64,000 bases of DNA, from positions 6,837,154 to 6,901,153 of the forward strand of contig NC_068987.1 in the NCBI RefSeq assembly GCF_001194135.2, in the 5' to 3' direction. Made by a program: the position numbers and the translations under genes. The number at the start of each line of letters is the position of its first letter. Position 1 is the stretch's first letter. The stretch comes from Octopus bimaculoides. Its lineage: Eukaryota. The notes under the pieces are model-generated. The model searched no databases. It had not been told where the DNA came from and was given only the letters and a program-made list of their open reading frames with translations. This document shows positions 51,160 to 64,000 of the stretch, piece after piece.

Positions 51160-51506
51160 TAACTAACATATATATGTTTGTATGTATTTGTGCGTTTACA
51201 TTAACACATACACATATACATATGGATATATATATATATATATATANNNNNNNNNNNNNNNNNNNNNNNNNNNNNNNNNNNNNNNNNNNNNNNNNNNNNN
51301 NNNNNNNNNNNNNNNNNNNNNNNNNNNNNNNATATGTATGCATGTATTTTTATATGTATAGATTATTTAGATTTATAAACATACATGAGGGTGTTTGTGT
51401 ATGTGTGATTATATATATATATATATATATCGTATGATGGAGTTTAGGATAATGAAATTATAAGGCTATTTGTTCTAGATTTATTTAAAAAAATGAAACC
51501 TTTGTT

Positions 51507-51654
51507 TTATATTCTGGTGATGTCCTGATCCCACCGAGGAATTATAACGTCATAAACTGTCAGTAAATGGAATTTTGTATCATCGAAGATAGAATTTTTC
51601 GCCATTAATTTTGTAGACACTGCGTTGAGACTAGATAATTGTTGTTGACCATAC
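51507..51654 (-). CDS. Candidate exon YGQQQLSSLNAVSTKLMAKNSIFDDTKFHLLTVYDVIIPRWDQDITRI*
   Basis: Branch-like CACTAAT plus ttctctttccattttAG; in phase with the 51763-51829 exon across a 108-nt GT-AG intron. Confidence 0.4.
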
Positions 51655-51762
51655 CTAAAATGGAAAGAGAAATTAGTGTACATACATAAGCGAAGAAATC
51701 ACCTGCACGGCATTTTGAGGAAATTAGTCGACCATCTTTATAAATATGAGCTACCGTCATAC

Positions 51763-51829
51763 CTTTCGGTGTATATACTTTTATTGGGCGGCTGTTTATT
51801 ATAAGTAATGTGTTCTGAAAATGGGTTTT
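51763..51829 (-). CDS. Candidate exon (E)NPFSEHITYNKQPPNKSIYTE(R)
   Basis: Acceptor atttaatcttgcAG, donor AAG|GTATGA, 67 nt, phase 1 to 2. Confidence 0.4.
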
Positions 51830-51962
51830 CTGCAAGATTAAATATATAACAAGTACATAAAGAGAACCGCACTGGGATATACGTAAAGGAATATTTTATA
51901 CTACAATCTGTTATTTCATCTAGAGGTAATAGAATTAGGAAACCTTTCAATTTGGTAGATAC

Positions 51963-52005
51963 CTATTTTCCGCTTGGGAAAGTATAGCGAGGCATTAAAT
52001 AAGAT
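51963..52005 (-). CDS. Candidate exon ILFNASLYFPKRKI
   Basis: ACTAAC branch-like motif plus ctctaacacAG, donor TAG|GTATCT, phase 0 to 1, fits the next exon. Confidence 0.3.
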
Positions 52006-52962
52006 CTGTGTTAGAGTTAGTTATGACGCTAGCAAAAAATTTGTTGTGATGTCAAAGGCTCTAATGCTGGATTTTTGAATGAAAATGACAGGTGTACAGC
52101 TGACCAACACTAATCAGGCAAATGCCAAATTAATAATCACCGCTAAAGTAGAAACAAACAACATATCAGAAAGTTATTGGGCTCTTTTGCTTGCTTGTAC
52201 TTTAACGACTGCCATTGACATTTTAAAATAGATTCTATAAGCACAAACATTGATTTGTCAACATGAATATGTGTGTATGAACAAACGTTTCTCTTTGTGC
52301 ATTTGACCTCGGTAAATTACGTTAGTTTATAACCTGACTAAGGATTTTAGTTGTGCAAATACTGCCATAACTTAAATTAACGTTGTTTCTTTAGAATTGC
52401 ACAGTTACTTTCTATATCGGTAGTGTGGTGTGAAATCTTTATTCATTCATGTTGCGAGCTATTTACCGCTGCTTTGCATGATTTTCGCGGAGAAAGGTGA
52501 GAAGCAGGTCAGGTTTTGGCATATCTTGTTTATAATGGAAGATTGTGGTGTAAAAATGTGTTATTTTATAAACCACCGTCGTTTATGCTTTATAGAGATA
52601 TAGACCAAGTTATTGAAAGTTTCTAATATTTGCTGATAGGCTAGAGATTCTTTTATAGAATATTATTAATCAGGATCAGTGAAACATATTTGTGGAGGGC
52701 AGGTGTTTATATTACTACATGTAAAATTCTCAAAAGGTTAGTTATAAAGTTTTGTGTTTTGGGTATATATTAATTGATTGTAATATTTTGTTTCTGGCCG
52801 TGTGCCTAAATTTGAAATCAGTATTTCAGAACTTTATAATATTTTGGTTAGATGATTGTTATTTACAGATGTTAGTAAGGTATCGAGTCGTCCAGTGTCA
52901 CTTCGAAATATGGCCACCCTATCAAATCTATGAAAGTTAATCATTATTATAAATATTTCGCT

Positions 52963-53088
52963 ATGGTCAACTTTGCCTTTCATCCTTCCAGGTTCGATAA
53001 AATAAGTAGCAGTTGATTACTGTGGTCGATAAAATCAACTTATGCTCTGTTTCGAAATTACTGGTCTTGTGTCAAAGATTAGAAGTCA
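52963..53088 (+). mobile_element. SINE family B, 3' half
   Basis: Central domain and tail. Confidence 0.75.
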
Positions 53089-55495
53089 ATAATTTCTATT
53101 GTAAATTTCTCACCTGAGCCTGCCTAGGATATACACGTTAAAAATCAAGCAACTCCGTGTTGAAGAGTAAAGAATTCGGGGTATCTGGTTTTTGTAACAC
53201 ATCCTTTTTATAGAAGTAAATTCCCATTGTGTTAATAATGATATGCACATTATTTCCGTCTATATTGTAACATATCGTCAGAAAGGAGAGTGACAGGTAC
53301 ACGTTTGGAGATATAAATGTAAAATTAGTCAATAAACGTGGTAACGTGGGAATACTTTTTTAATGTATTACACCAGTTAATTAATGACTATAGTGTTTCT
53401 GTACCATTGGTGGATGTTAACTATTAATTTTGCTGAATGTTGTTTTTATTAATTCCTCTGATTTCTCTAATTTATATATGGGAATTTTAGATAAAATTCT
53501 GTTATGATCTTTAAAGAAAATTCTGTTAAGGTTTACACCAAGTATTCTAAACAATTGATTAATATAAGTTTATGAACTGTTTTTGCTTCTACGATATTTA
53601 TATTCTTCAATATTTATATGCTTATACGATAGCATTAGAGTTTTGGGTTATACTCATCTTTAAAATTCAAAAACTTTGATGAAGTAGATAATAGTAAAAA
53701 TGATACATGTAAGAGTTTATTTGTTGAAGTCATGCTCACAGAAGACATGGCTAGCGTGTCCTTTTACCTACATTTTTATACAGAAGGTTTTTTCGTATGC
53801 TATTTATTAGATGGAGTACGGAAATTATTCGTTGAACAGATTTTATTTTATAAATCCATAATTAGTGTTATATATTTTGGTTTCGAAAAGTGCTCTATGT
53901 GCTACATGCGATATGTGAATTCATACAATGTGAACACTTTTATATATATATATATACGCGCGTGTATATAGGCATGTATGTGTGTGTGTGTTTGAAATCA
54001 TGTATGTATGCATTGCTACGTTGTTATGTTTAGATGTCTGAATTCAATTGTTTAATGATACATGTGCAAGAATAGCTTATTTAAAGGAAAACCAATGAAC
54101 TCATTTGTTGGTTCTATCACTTCACATGATTTCAATGTTAGCTTTCGATACGTATAGATATTTTACTGTTTTATTTATGATATTGCTGTCTTCCCTCTTT
54201 TCCGCTATATAACAAGATGATAATAGTTTTTTTAACCACACAATTGCTTCAAGATTTTGATTTTCCTCTGGGTATTAATATCCGCAATGAAAGTCTATTT
54301 AGAGAGAAAAATGTGCAGTAAATCGTGCAGGAGTTTTCCTAACTATGCAGTATAATCTCACGAAAGGTTTCCATGAACAACACTCTGTACAACTCTTGGG
54401 TACGAATGTAACATTGATTAGATATTAGTAAACAGTTTAATTCATAAGAATGTGCAACATTATATTCGATGCATTTACAAATTCGACACAACAATAGTTG
54501 CATTGTTGTTTATATAAACTGCCATTGTTTTCTCATTTTACAACTATGAATATATTTGAAGTTGTAGTTCTTCATTGCATTTGACCTGTTATTTCTTTTT
54601 ATTTATTAATAACCTAAACCTGTCTCACACGTCTTTTCCTTGTGTTTTTGCTTCATGTTATCATTTCTTTGTTGGAACGCAATAATCATTGACTGTGAAT
54701 TATTATGCATTGGGAGAGTTCTTAAGATATTATGCTGTTCAATATATGATAGCCAACTGTCCCTATTTGACACGTTCAGTATCAGCAGGCTTGCAATAGT
54801 ACATAAATGCTTACTTAATAGATACCAACCAAGAACTAGTCATATATAGGTTCTAAAATAGTGTACCGCTTTCACATTTGAAGGAAAGTTCCTGGCACAC
54901 ATATAAGCAATATATTGCCCATAAAATAAATATCACGCATTCAATAATTAGGCATTCATTAACCGATTGCCCTGATGATAAGTTGCTGGCTAGCTATACT
55001 ATCTTAGTTCTACTATTTTTCCTCCAGGAATTGTTCTCTCCAGAATTCCTTTTCAGTAGAGGTTTTCCGTCCAGATACTAGTATGCAGAAATTCTGAAAG
55101 GTATTACTGATTTCCTGAAGCTTGTAGATACGTATGTTTTCCATTTGAATATTTTATTACTGACAATATCATATCAAATTGATAGAAAACCAACAACAAA
55201 AGAGTGTTTGTTAGAATACATAATTCGGACAGAGTCCTCTTTTAATGTATTTATGTTTCAACCGGATGTTGCAAAATAATACATAGTGTAAATCAATATG
55301 GCGCGATGAATTAAGCGTGAATAACTATACAAAAATATCGTCAGCTTAAATACATTTAATACATACAAATATACATACATACACACGCACACATATATAC
55401 TTACATATATACCTATACATACATGCAGAGTGAGAGAGAGAGAGGTACAGAGAGCAGTGATAGAGAGAAGGACAGATAGATAGGTGGATGGGTGG

Positions 55496-55557
<62 letters not shown>

Positions 55558-56037
55558 TGATGACTTACACAGTTTCAGTGAAGATATGTCAGAAAGAGAA
55601 AATGAAATGATATTCAACATTATTCAGGAGTAGAGTTTCTTAACTCATATCGAGTTTCAGTTTCTCTATAGATGATTCTATGAACGTTTGTTATAGCCTT
55701 TGGATAATAAAGTGTTTTATTGTGAAGGTATAACAAGACTGTTGTCCTCCAAATGATCTACCTTACAGACAGAAATAGAGAAAGGTTACCAAGCAAAGTG
55801 CGTGTCATACTGAAATGAAACTCATACAGACTAGTATATAGGAGAGTTGATATAATAAGGAAACTCACAAACAGATGGTTACGAATAAAAAGGAGGTCAA
55901 ATGGATGTATAAATTCATTTTGTTTATGAAGTGTTTTCAGACGAAAAGTTTTTCAAAAATTGACGATAGTTTTGCAAACGCAAATAAATAAAAATATCGA
56001 ATATATATATATATATATTTTTGTTTTGCAAGATTTA

Positions 56038-56079
56038 TATTGGCTAAACTGGCAATATGACCATCCCTAAGTACAACAA
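56038..56079 (-). repeat. 42-bp (TA)n-junction motif shared with 19229-19270
   Basis: 40/42 identity; both copies abut (TA)n at the same end. Confidence 0.85.
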
Positions 56080-56120
56080 TATATATATATATATATATTA
56101 ATATAAATATGTATATACGT

Positions 56121-56153
<33 letters not shown>

Positions 56154-56728
56154 CACACATATATACATATATCAAGAGAGAGAGAGAGAGAGTGAGAGAA
56201 AAAGAGCGAGAGTGAGAGAGACAGTGAAGGAATAGATATAGACATACATAGGCTCACATATTTATTCAGAGACCTATTCGCATTAAAAATTTTGCTTTAA
56301 AATAACAACTTTGTTATATTCAAATCACCCAAAAATCTAATATATAAAAAGAAAAGCAAAAAGTCACAAAAATATTTAGACTTCACTCAATAAGGACTAT
56401 TTCTAAGAATTGATTTCCGAGATAGGTTAGCATTTTCACAAAGAATCTCATTCATAGAAATGTCATATAATTTGACATAAAGCCGTTCTGTTTTGATTTT
56501 GGCGACATCAGTTTAAAGCAGAGCCTCACAAAGTCATCTGTGTACACTGATACGCAGTGGCTTTTGGCAACCACATGTAATAGTGACATATTGATATGAG
56601 TTCATGGCCATGTATGTTTGTATGTATGTATGTATACATATAGAGAGAGGGAGAGATAGAGAGCCACACACATACACACACACACCTATCCTCAGTCATA
56701 TCAGACACACTTATACGTTTATGTACGA

Positions 56729-56786
<58 letters not shown>

Positions 56787-56815
56787 TTATCTATCTCTCT
56801 CTCTCNNNNNNNNNN

Positions 56816-56865
<50 letters not shown>

Positions 56866-57401
56866 TGAATGTGTCTCTGTCTTCTTTCTCTCTCTCTCTC
56901 TCTATCTGTATACATACATACACACACGCACACACACACACATATAAATAAGTTTATCAATGTGTCTGTCTATACATATGTGACTATACACCCCCACATA
57001 CACACACACATATTAATATTTAGCAAATGCAACAGAGTGACTCTAGGTCCAAGAATTTCATGTGTTGCCAATGCCAAAGTATGAGTAGTGTGTTCACAGC
57101 ATGAATACTTAGGCAATATTTTGACAGAAATCGGAACAGTGCGTCCATATTGAGATGGCTGTTTTGTGAGAGAATGACCATAAAAGTGGCTTGTCTTATT
57201 ACTACCTGGATTTACCTTGGATTTTACCTAAGGACATACGAACTAACACCTTTAACCTCTAATGAAAACGAACTGTGAATTTTATTTCCTTATTTCCTTA
57301 CTCTCTACTTTTCTATTTCATTGCTTATTATCTGCGAATTTTCCATTTCTTAATCTGTTATCGGAATATTTCCACGTCTAGATCTTTCATATGTTCTCTA
57401 C

Positions 57402-57481
57402 TTGTCTCTGATGACGGAATACCCCATATTCAGACATACTCGGCTATCACTTAGAATATCTCAGAAACAGCTGTAAGACGA
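57402..57481 (+). ncRNA. Hammerhead-ribozyme-like motif (type I, PLE style)
   Basis: TTGTCT-CTGATGA(57408-14)-49 nt-GAAA(57464-67)-C-AGCT-G-TA-AGACGA: 6-bp stem I, palindromic loop III, GUA triplet; base of stem II degenerate. Confidence 0.6.
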
Positions 57482-57708
57482 CATCTAATTCTAAAGTAGT
57501 ATAGAATAATATATATGACTTCAGATGCTTGTTATGCCTAGGCGTTAATTGTCCTGTTTCACAAATATATATGTATATCTGCTAAATCGGAAACCTGAAA
57601 TGGATCCATAGCTCCCGTCTCAGTTACGAGCTTGGGACCCTGATAATCCGTTACAGCACTTACCTAGCGTACATATTCGTTTAGATCACCGGTGAACTAA
57701 ACCCCCAT

Positions 57709-57739
<31 letters not shown>

Positions 57740-58690
57740 NNNNNNNNNNNNNNNNNNNNNNNNNNNNNNNNNNNNNNNNNNNNNNNNNNNNNNNNNNNNN
57801 NNNNNNNNNNNNNNNNNNNNNNNNNNNNNNNNNNNNNNNNNNNNNNNNNNNNNNNNNNNNNNNNNNNNNNNNNNNNNNNNNNNNNNNNNNNNNNNNNNNN
57901 NNNNNNNNNNNNNNNNNNNNNNNNNNNNNNNNNNNNNNNNNNNNNNNNNNNNNNNNNNNNNNNNNNNNNNNNNNNNNNNNNNNNNNNNNNNNNNNNNNNN
58001 NNNNNNNNNNNNNNNNNNNNNNNNNNNNNNNNNNNNNNNNNNNNNNNNNNNNNNNNNNNNNNNNNNNNNNNNNNNNNNNNNNNNNNNNNNNNNNNNNNNN
58101 NNNNNNNNNNNNNNNNNNNNNNNNNNNNNNNNNNNNNNNNNNNNNNNNNNNNNNNNNNNNNNNNNNNNNNNNNNNNNNNNNNNNNNNNNNNNNNNNNNNN
58201 NNNNNNNNNNNNNNNNNNNNNNNNNNNNNNNNNNNNNNNNNNNNNNNNNNNNNNNNNNNNNNNNNNNNNNNNNNNNNNNNNNNNNNNNNNNNNNNNNNNN
58301 NNNNNNNNNNNNNNNNNNNNNNNNNNNNNNNNNNNNNNNNNNNNNNNNNNNNNNNNNNNNNNNNNNNNNNNNNNNNNNNNNNNNNNNNNNNNNNNNNNNN
58401 NNNNNNNNNNNNNNNNNNNNNNNNNNNNNNNNNNNNNNNNNNNNNNNNNNNNNNNNNNNNNNNNNNNNNNNNNNNNNNNNNNNNNNNNNNNNNNNNNNNN
58501 NNNNNNNNNNNNNNNNNNNNNNNNNNNNNNNNNNNNNNNNNNNNNNNNNNNNNNNNNNNNNNNNNNNNNNNNNNNNNNNNNNNNNNNNNNNNNNNNNNNN
58601 NNNNNNNNNNNNNNNNNNNNNNNNNNNNNNNNNNNNNNNNNNNNNNNNNNNNNNNNNNNNNNNNNNNNNNNNNNNNNNNNNNNNNNNNNN
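57740..58690. other. Largest assembly gap; others at 4544-4726, 15779-88, 19065-19198, 22689-23003, 23829-24290, 25374-25841, 31159-68, 40485-40705, 41712-42213, 47589-47961, 49124-49489, 51247-51331, 56806-15
   Basis: N runs, mostly bordered by microsatellites. Confidence 0.99.
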
Positions 58691-58744
<54 letters not shown>

Positions 58745-59840
58745 GGAATATATGTATATATATATACAACGTGCATATGAATATGTATTTTCTGTCCTAA
58801 ATAACTTGTTTCACGTATTCAATACCTCCGCCAAGTTTACTGTTTAAATAATTGTTATAAGTATGAGGAAAAGTTTCTAAATATACTAAAAGCCCATGAC
58901 TTGTTAAACTAGTACATAAAATTTGCACTTATTGTAAATAGTGTTCGCCGTCTCGACGTTGTTGTCATTGTTGGTTTTACTGTAGTACAATTTGGCTGTA
59001 TTTTGTGTTTTAAACTTTTTAATTGTGAGTCATGATGGTGTTTTAATTCTATATTATACATTCTGTTATTCTCATGAAATGTTCTGACTGTATATGAATG
59101 ATAGATATTATAGATACCTAGATAAAAGTAAGCATTTATACAGTAATGCTTATGTCATTATTGATGCTAACGCATATATCCATGTAATATTTATACTTGG
59201 ACTGTTTACAAAAACAAAACCTTCACACAGTAAGTAGTTAACAGATTTTCACCGCACATTGCTTGGGAAGGTATGTACCTCAATAATATCTTCTTTGAAA
59301 TCTGCAGTCACTAAATTATCACTTTCGTTAATACTCGTGTTGTAGTAAGTACTCGCTTTTTTTCTCTTGATGATCTCTGTCGTTACCCTGATGAACACCC
59401 ATGTCATCATAATTCTTTTTCACCATCGTGTGGTTAAGCCGTTTTTGAAGACCATCCTTATTTTCATTTCAATATTCAACAGCGTCATTATTCCCTCCTC
59501 TTCCCCCCCTCCTTATCATCCTCTACAACAACAACAGTCCTTTAAACATCGTTGAAATTTACTTTTGTCTTTTCATTGTCTCTTCTTCCGATGCTATTTC
59601 CTTATACATACTATTCTGTTGGCGTCACCACAAGTTTTGACAAGCAGCAAGAGCAATGCTGTCGAGAAAATGTAAAACGCCTTCCCTAAATACTTAAGTA
59701 TGACTATTTCTCTCGAAATATTGTTGTTGTTGCTGAGTTGCTATTTCCGTATGTGTCACTATATGTGAGTATTTAAAGTAGTGACATAAATCGCAGGATT
59801 TCTAATATTATTAATAGTTATGGTGACTATTTAATACTAA

Positions 59841-60050
59841 TTTGAAACTTTAACACAAGGCCAGCAATTTAAGGGAAGTGGTAAATCGATTACATCGATC
59901 TCAGTGTTCAACTGGTGCTTATTTTATCAACCCCGAAGAATGAAAGGCAAAGTCGACCTCGGCGGAATTGGAACTCAGATCGCAACGACGGACGCCATGC
60001 CGCTAAGTATTTCGCTCGGCACACTAATGATTCTGCTAGCTCACTGCCTT
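59841..60050 (-). mobile_element. SINE family B with 14-bp TSD
   Basis: GTGACTATTTAATA at 59823-36 and 60051-64. Confidence 0.9.
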
Positions 60051-60104
60051 GTGACTATTTAATATTAACCTCTTTAGTTCGTTGAAAATATCTTAGATAG
60101 TAGG

Positions 60105-60447
60105 ATACCAGCCGTCGTAGTATGGTAAGAATCTTGCTTCTCAACCACTTAGTTCCGGGTTCAGTTCCACTGCGTAGTACATTCGGCCTTCTGAGTGGAT
60201 TTGGTAGTCGGAAAGTGAAAAAAAATTATCACTATATATATGTACGTGTGTGTGAGTGTGTCTTTGGGTCTCTGTTTGCCGCTCACCAGTTTTTGAGGAA
60301 ACGGTGCTTGTATGGTCACTTTCCCGTAACTTAGCGATTCAGCAAAATAACATTAAATTCTTCGGTCGATCTATTCTACTAAAAATTCTTCAAGGCGGTT
60401 TCCCAGCATGGCCGCAGTCTAAAGAGTGTAACAAGTAAAAGATAAGA
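60105..60447 (+). mobile_element. SINE family A, diverged, internally deleted
   Basis: Head, GAGTGGATTTGGTAG block and CCCAGCATGGCCGCAGTC tail. Confidence 0.8.
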
Positions 60448-61002
60448 TATAAAACATAGAGTAAATAGCGATGAACTTTTTTATCCACCGAAAAAATTGA
60501 ACCATTATTATTATTCAACGAAGCTGAAAAAAATATGTTACGCAAATGTAGTAACATGCATTCTATACACCATGGAACATTCCTACTAAAGATGTCTTTC
60601 TGTTTTATACACAAATTAGAAAGTGTTTCCATTAAGAATATATTCACATTTAAATTATTAATTTTGATTTACGTTTCTTTTTAATGGCTGCTCTAGTCAT
60701 TACCAGTATATAATTTATGAATATTACTGATATTTTTATTTTTACCATTTAAAAATGTCGATAGTAATTTACTAATGTTAGTTATTTATGTAGTAGCTAC
60801 TGATAGTGATGTTGCTACTGCTATTACTGTTTAAGCATAGATTCTTATCACTTAACAAACGAAATTTTATCAGGGAAATGTGTTATTTGTTGCGCATCTT
60901 GATGCTTCCATTTCACGTAGATTGGAGAGCTTATGTGGAAAAAGTTTCTAGGTATGGCTGCTAGCAGTTAGCTGTCACTGAAGTCTCTTAGAGAAAATAA
61001 AT

Positions 61003-61219
61003 ATTGGTTTCAAATTCTGGCAGAAGGACAGTAATTTGGGAGAAGGGTATAAATCAATTATCTCAACCCCAGGACTCAGCTGGTACTTATGTTGTCGTTC
61101 CCGAAAGCATGAAAGGCAAATTCAACCACTGTGGAATTTGAACTCAGAACGTGTAGAAGGACACAATACTGCAAAGCATTTTGCCCGGAGCGGTAACGAT
61201 TCTGCCAGCTCGCTGCCTT
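61003..61219 (-). mobile_element. SINE family B, full length
   Basis: Reverse complement of the B head through tail. Confidence 0.85.
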
Positions 61220-61602
61220 AGATGCAATTAATATGATAATTCATCAAATATATACAGGAAAATTGTATTCCACATTACAGTATGCACTGAAATCCAGGCA
61301 GACATTAGTTATCATCCATTATTGTAGCATCGAGAACACTTGTTTTGCTTCATTGGCGTGATCAGCTTCAGATTCCTTTCGACTAAACAAAATAATATAC
61401 AAAGCTGTTTAGGACTGGAAGGTTCATCAGAAGCATGATTATGATAGATTTCTATGTCATAAATCTGACAGCATATATATGATATATGTACATTCAGTGG
61501 AATTACTTAATAATGATGGATAGTCTTAGTAATAATGGCTACGTGTGCTGGTAAGTGAAGGTGTTTTATAAGCATTTACTCTTTCTAATATTGCACCAGT
61601 GC

Positions 61603-61825
61603 GGGTCGGTGGGCTTGCAGAATCGTTAAAGTGGCGAAAAAAAAAAAACGTTTAGTGGCATTTCGTCCGTAGTTACTTTCTGAGTTCAAATTCCGCGGAG
61701 TTTGACTTTGCCTTTCATCTTTTCAGGGTGGATAAAATAAGTTGCAGATGAGCACTGATGTCGATGTAAGCAACTTAGCTCCTTCCCCCGAAACTTCTGG
61801 TCCTATGCCAAAATTTGAAACCAAT
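61603..61825 (+). mobile_element. SINE family B with TSD
   Basis: AATATTGCACCAGTGC at 61587-602 and 61823-38. Confidence 0.9.
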
Positions 61826-61842
61826 ATTGCACCAGTGCTGAA

Positions 61843-61988
61843 CGGCTTATTGGCAGAATCGTTAGCACACTGAGCAAAATGTTTATAGCGGTAGTTCGTC
61901 CGTGTTAATGTTCTGAGTTCAAATGCCGCCAAAGTCGAGTTTGCCCTTTATCATTTCGTGGTCGATAAAAGAAGTACCAGTTGAGTGC
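61843..61988 (+). mobile_element. SINE family B, 3'-truncated
   Basis: Head and central domain. Confidence 0.8.
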
Positions 61989-62090
61989 GGATATACTGCA
62001 TACTACTCAGAACAAATGTAGACTAAGCTACGTGGCATAGTAAACTTTTCTCATATGTATATTTATGTGTGTCTATACACACATAAGTAT

Positions 62091-62131
<41 letters not shown>

Positions 62132-62134
62132 CAC

Positions 62135-62210
62135 GTATTTATGTGCAGACTCGACTGAGTGGTGAGTTGTTTCTCAAACACATTTGCGGATCCAGTCCCA
62201 GTGCGTAGCA
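62135..62210 (+). mobile_element. Degraded SINE family A head
   Basis: CCAGTCCCAGTGCGTAGCA resembles the A B-box region. Confidence 0.4.
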
Positions 62211-62715
62211 GTGTGGTTATGTATCTTATTATCGCCTCAAGCCGATTAAAGTTTTGTGCTTGTATGTAAGTATGCATGTATGTATGTATATATTCCTTAT
62301 GTATGGTTAGGTGTTAGATGGTATCAAGTTTGAATTTTGTAGTAATTTGAATTCGTTGTGGAAGCTAATTTAATGCCCCACCCTTTTAAAAATTGTGTTT
62401 GCCTATTCACAACAATATATATATATATATATATCAAACAATAAGCAACACGGATTTCAAAAGTGATTGCAGTACGCACGTTTCATGCTACTTCAATTTA
62501 TTTAAGTAATGTGAGCATTACCTTAAATGCAATATGAAGAGCAATCTTCAGCTGCACGAAAAAATGCAGAAAAAAAGACATATTACAAATGTGGCAACAT
62601 ATTAAAACCAAGTGGGAGAGAGCATACATAAAATCCAAATGTGAGGAAGAATATATAAGTCCATCTTGACATAGCAGGGTCTACCATATTCAAGCCTTGA
62701 ATCTATATCTAAACC

Positions 62716-62749
<34 letters not shown>

Positions 62750-63865
62750 GTCTAGTAGCAACTTTTATAAGCGAAAGTAATGCAAAGAAAATAAAAAGAA
62801 TATTACAATAAACCCTTGCGAAGCTATTATTTTTACCTATCATGAAATCCACTTATACTTTATAAATGCTTCTGAAATGCACTCTCATTGTATAAATACA
62901 ATACTTTAATAATATTTTAAAATATTTCATTACACGAATTTCTTTCCCTTTTGTTTGCTTCTTTGGCAACAACCCAACTTCCCTATTATTCCAAATAACT
63001 TTTTTACTATTTTATGGAATAAATTTATGCTAAGAACCATTTTGGATAAACTTCAAACTATCGTTTTTATTCATATATTATTTTCTTTTAAATTTTTTCT
63101 CTATGTTTCGCCATAATTTCAACTACGAATAAGAACGAGGAATATATTTTTATTTCCTGCTAAAATGATCATGTAACTGAGTAACATTTGTTTCACTCAG
63201 TACTGTAGAATCGATAACAGTAGTATTTCGAATTTGTTTGCACAACTGATATGACATCAACAATTCCCGAGGTTGAATATTTCGGCTGTGACATACTTCT
63301 AAGGATACTTTTACTACTGAGATCTGAGTCCTGAGATTAGCTGAAGATTAAATATTGCATGGAAGTTACCTACTGTTAGGTGTCTTAAGGAAAAAGTAGC
63401 CTTATTGAATACAAATACATATCACTAATAACCAACATATTTGAGACGCAGTTGTGACTGGTACATCAAGTATAATAAATGTTCCTATCGCTCATAAAAA
63501 CTAACAGAGTACGTAGTCTTCTTCATATATAATACAAATTAATGAAATCGCTCAAGGATACCAGATCCGAAGTAAAGTATTAAAAAATGCCTGCACAATT
63601 CATTTCTTGTTCGCGTTTATTTTAGATTCAATAAAGTGGTTCGTTCTTTGATTATCAGATGGTTAACGGATTTAATATAACAGTCAATACGACATCTGGA
63701 TTTGAATTTTTTAGGAGAATTTTCATAATACTGGAAACATTAGTATGATGAACCACTTCCATGTTCGGCACCAGGTTGATGTTTCATTAACAAAATACTT
63801 GAATTCAATATTTATTTTAAATTGCACCCTCTATATGTTCAGACGATAATATTTAATTATGTGAA

Positions 63866-64000
63866 GACGGCGAACTGACAGAAACGTTAGTACGCCGGGC
63901 GAAATGTTTAGCGGTATTTCGTCGGCTTTTACGTTCTGAATTCAAATTTAGCCGAGGTCGACTTTGCCTTTCATCCTTTCGGAGTCGATAAATTAAGTAC
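63866..64000 (+). mobile_element. SINE family B, cut by window end
   Basis: Head and central domain through GTCGATAAATTAAGTAC. Confidence 0.9.

Noticed and set aside
52090-52145. Strong minus-strand acceptor at about 52143
   Set aside because: All three frames hit stops before any donor.
55029-55101. Plus-strand acceptor/donor pair
   Set aside because: Stops in all three frames.
4336-58776. Long ORF-track entries full of X, YI, CV, HT or RE runs
   Set aside because: They are translations of N gaps and dinucleotide microsatellites.

Overview
Eukaryotic, AT-rich, microsatellite-saturated draft scaffold with 14 N-gaps, most of them flanked by (TA)n/(CA)n tracts. The repeat landscape points to a coleoid cephalopod, most likely Octopus (inference from tRNA-derived SINEs, RTE/R4-Dong/CR1/Penelope relics and SSR density). 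There are no prokaryotic features, CRISPR arrays, rRNA or true tRNA genes, and no long intact ORF; nearly all entries in the ORF track are microsatellite, gap or antisense-repeat artefacts. Supportable content: three tRNA-derived SINE families (about 30 copies, three with clear target-site duplications), and decayed Helitron, Penelope, R4/Dong, RTE, CR1-like, L1/Tx1, hAT and Hero-like fragments. There are also several fold-back elements, three hammerhead-ribozyme-like motifs next to (TA)n tracts, and scattered small exon candidates with canonical splice sites that suggest one or more large-intron host genes. All protein-family calls come from motif recognition by eye, not database searches; the exon chains are hypotheses.
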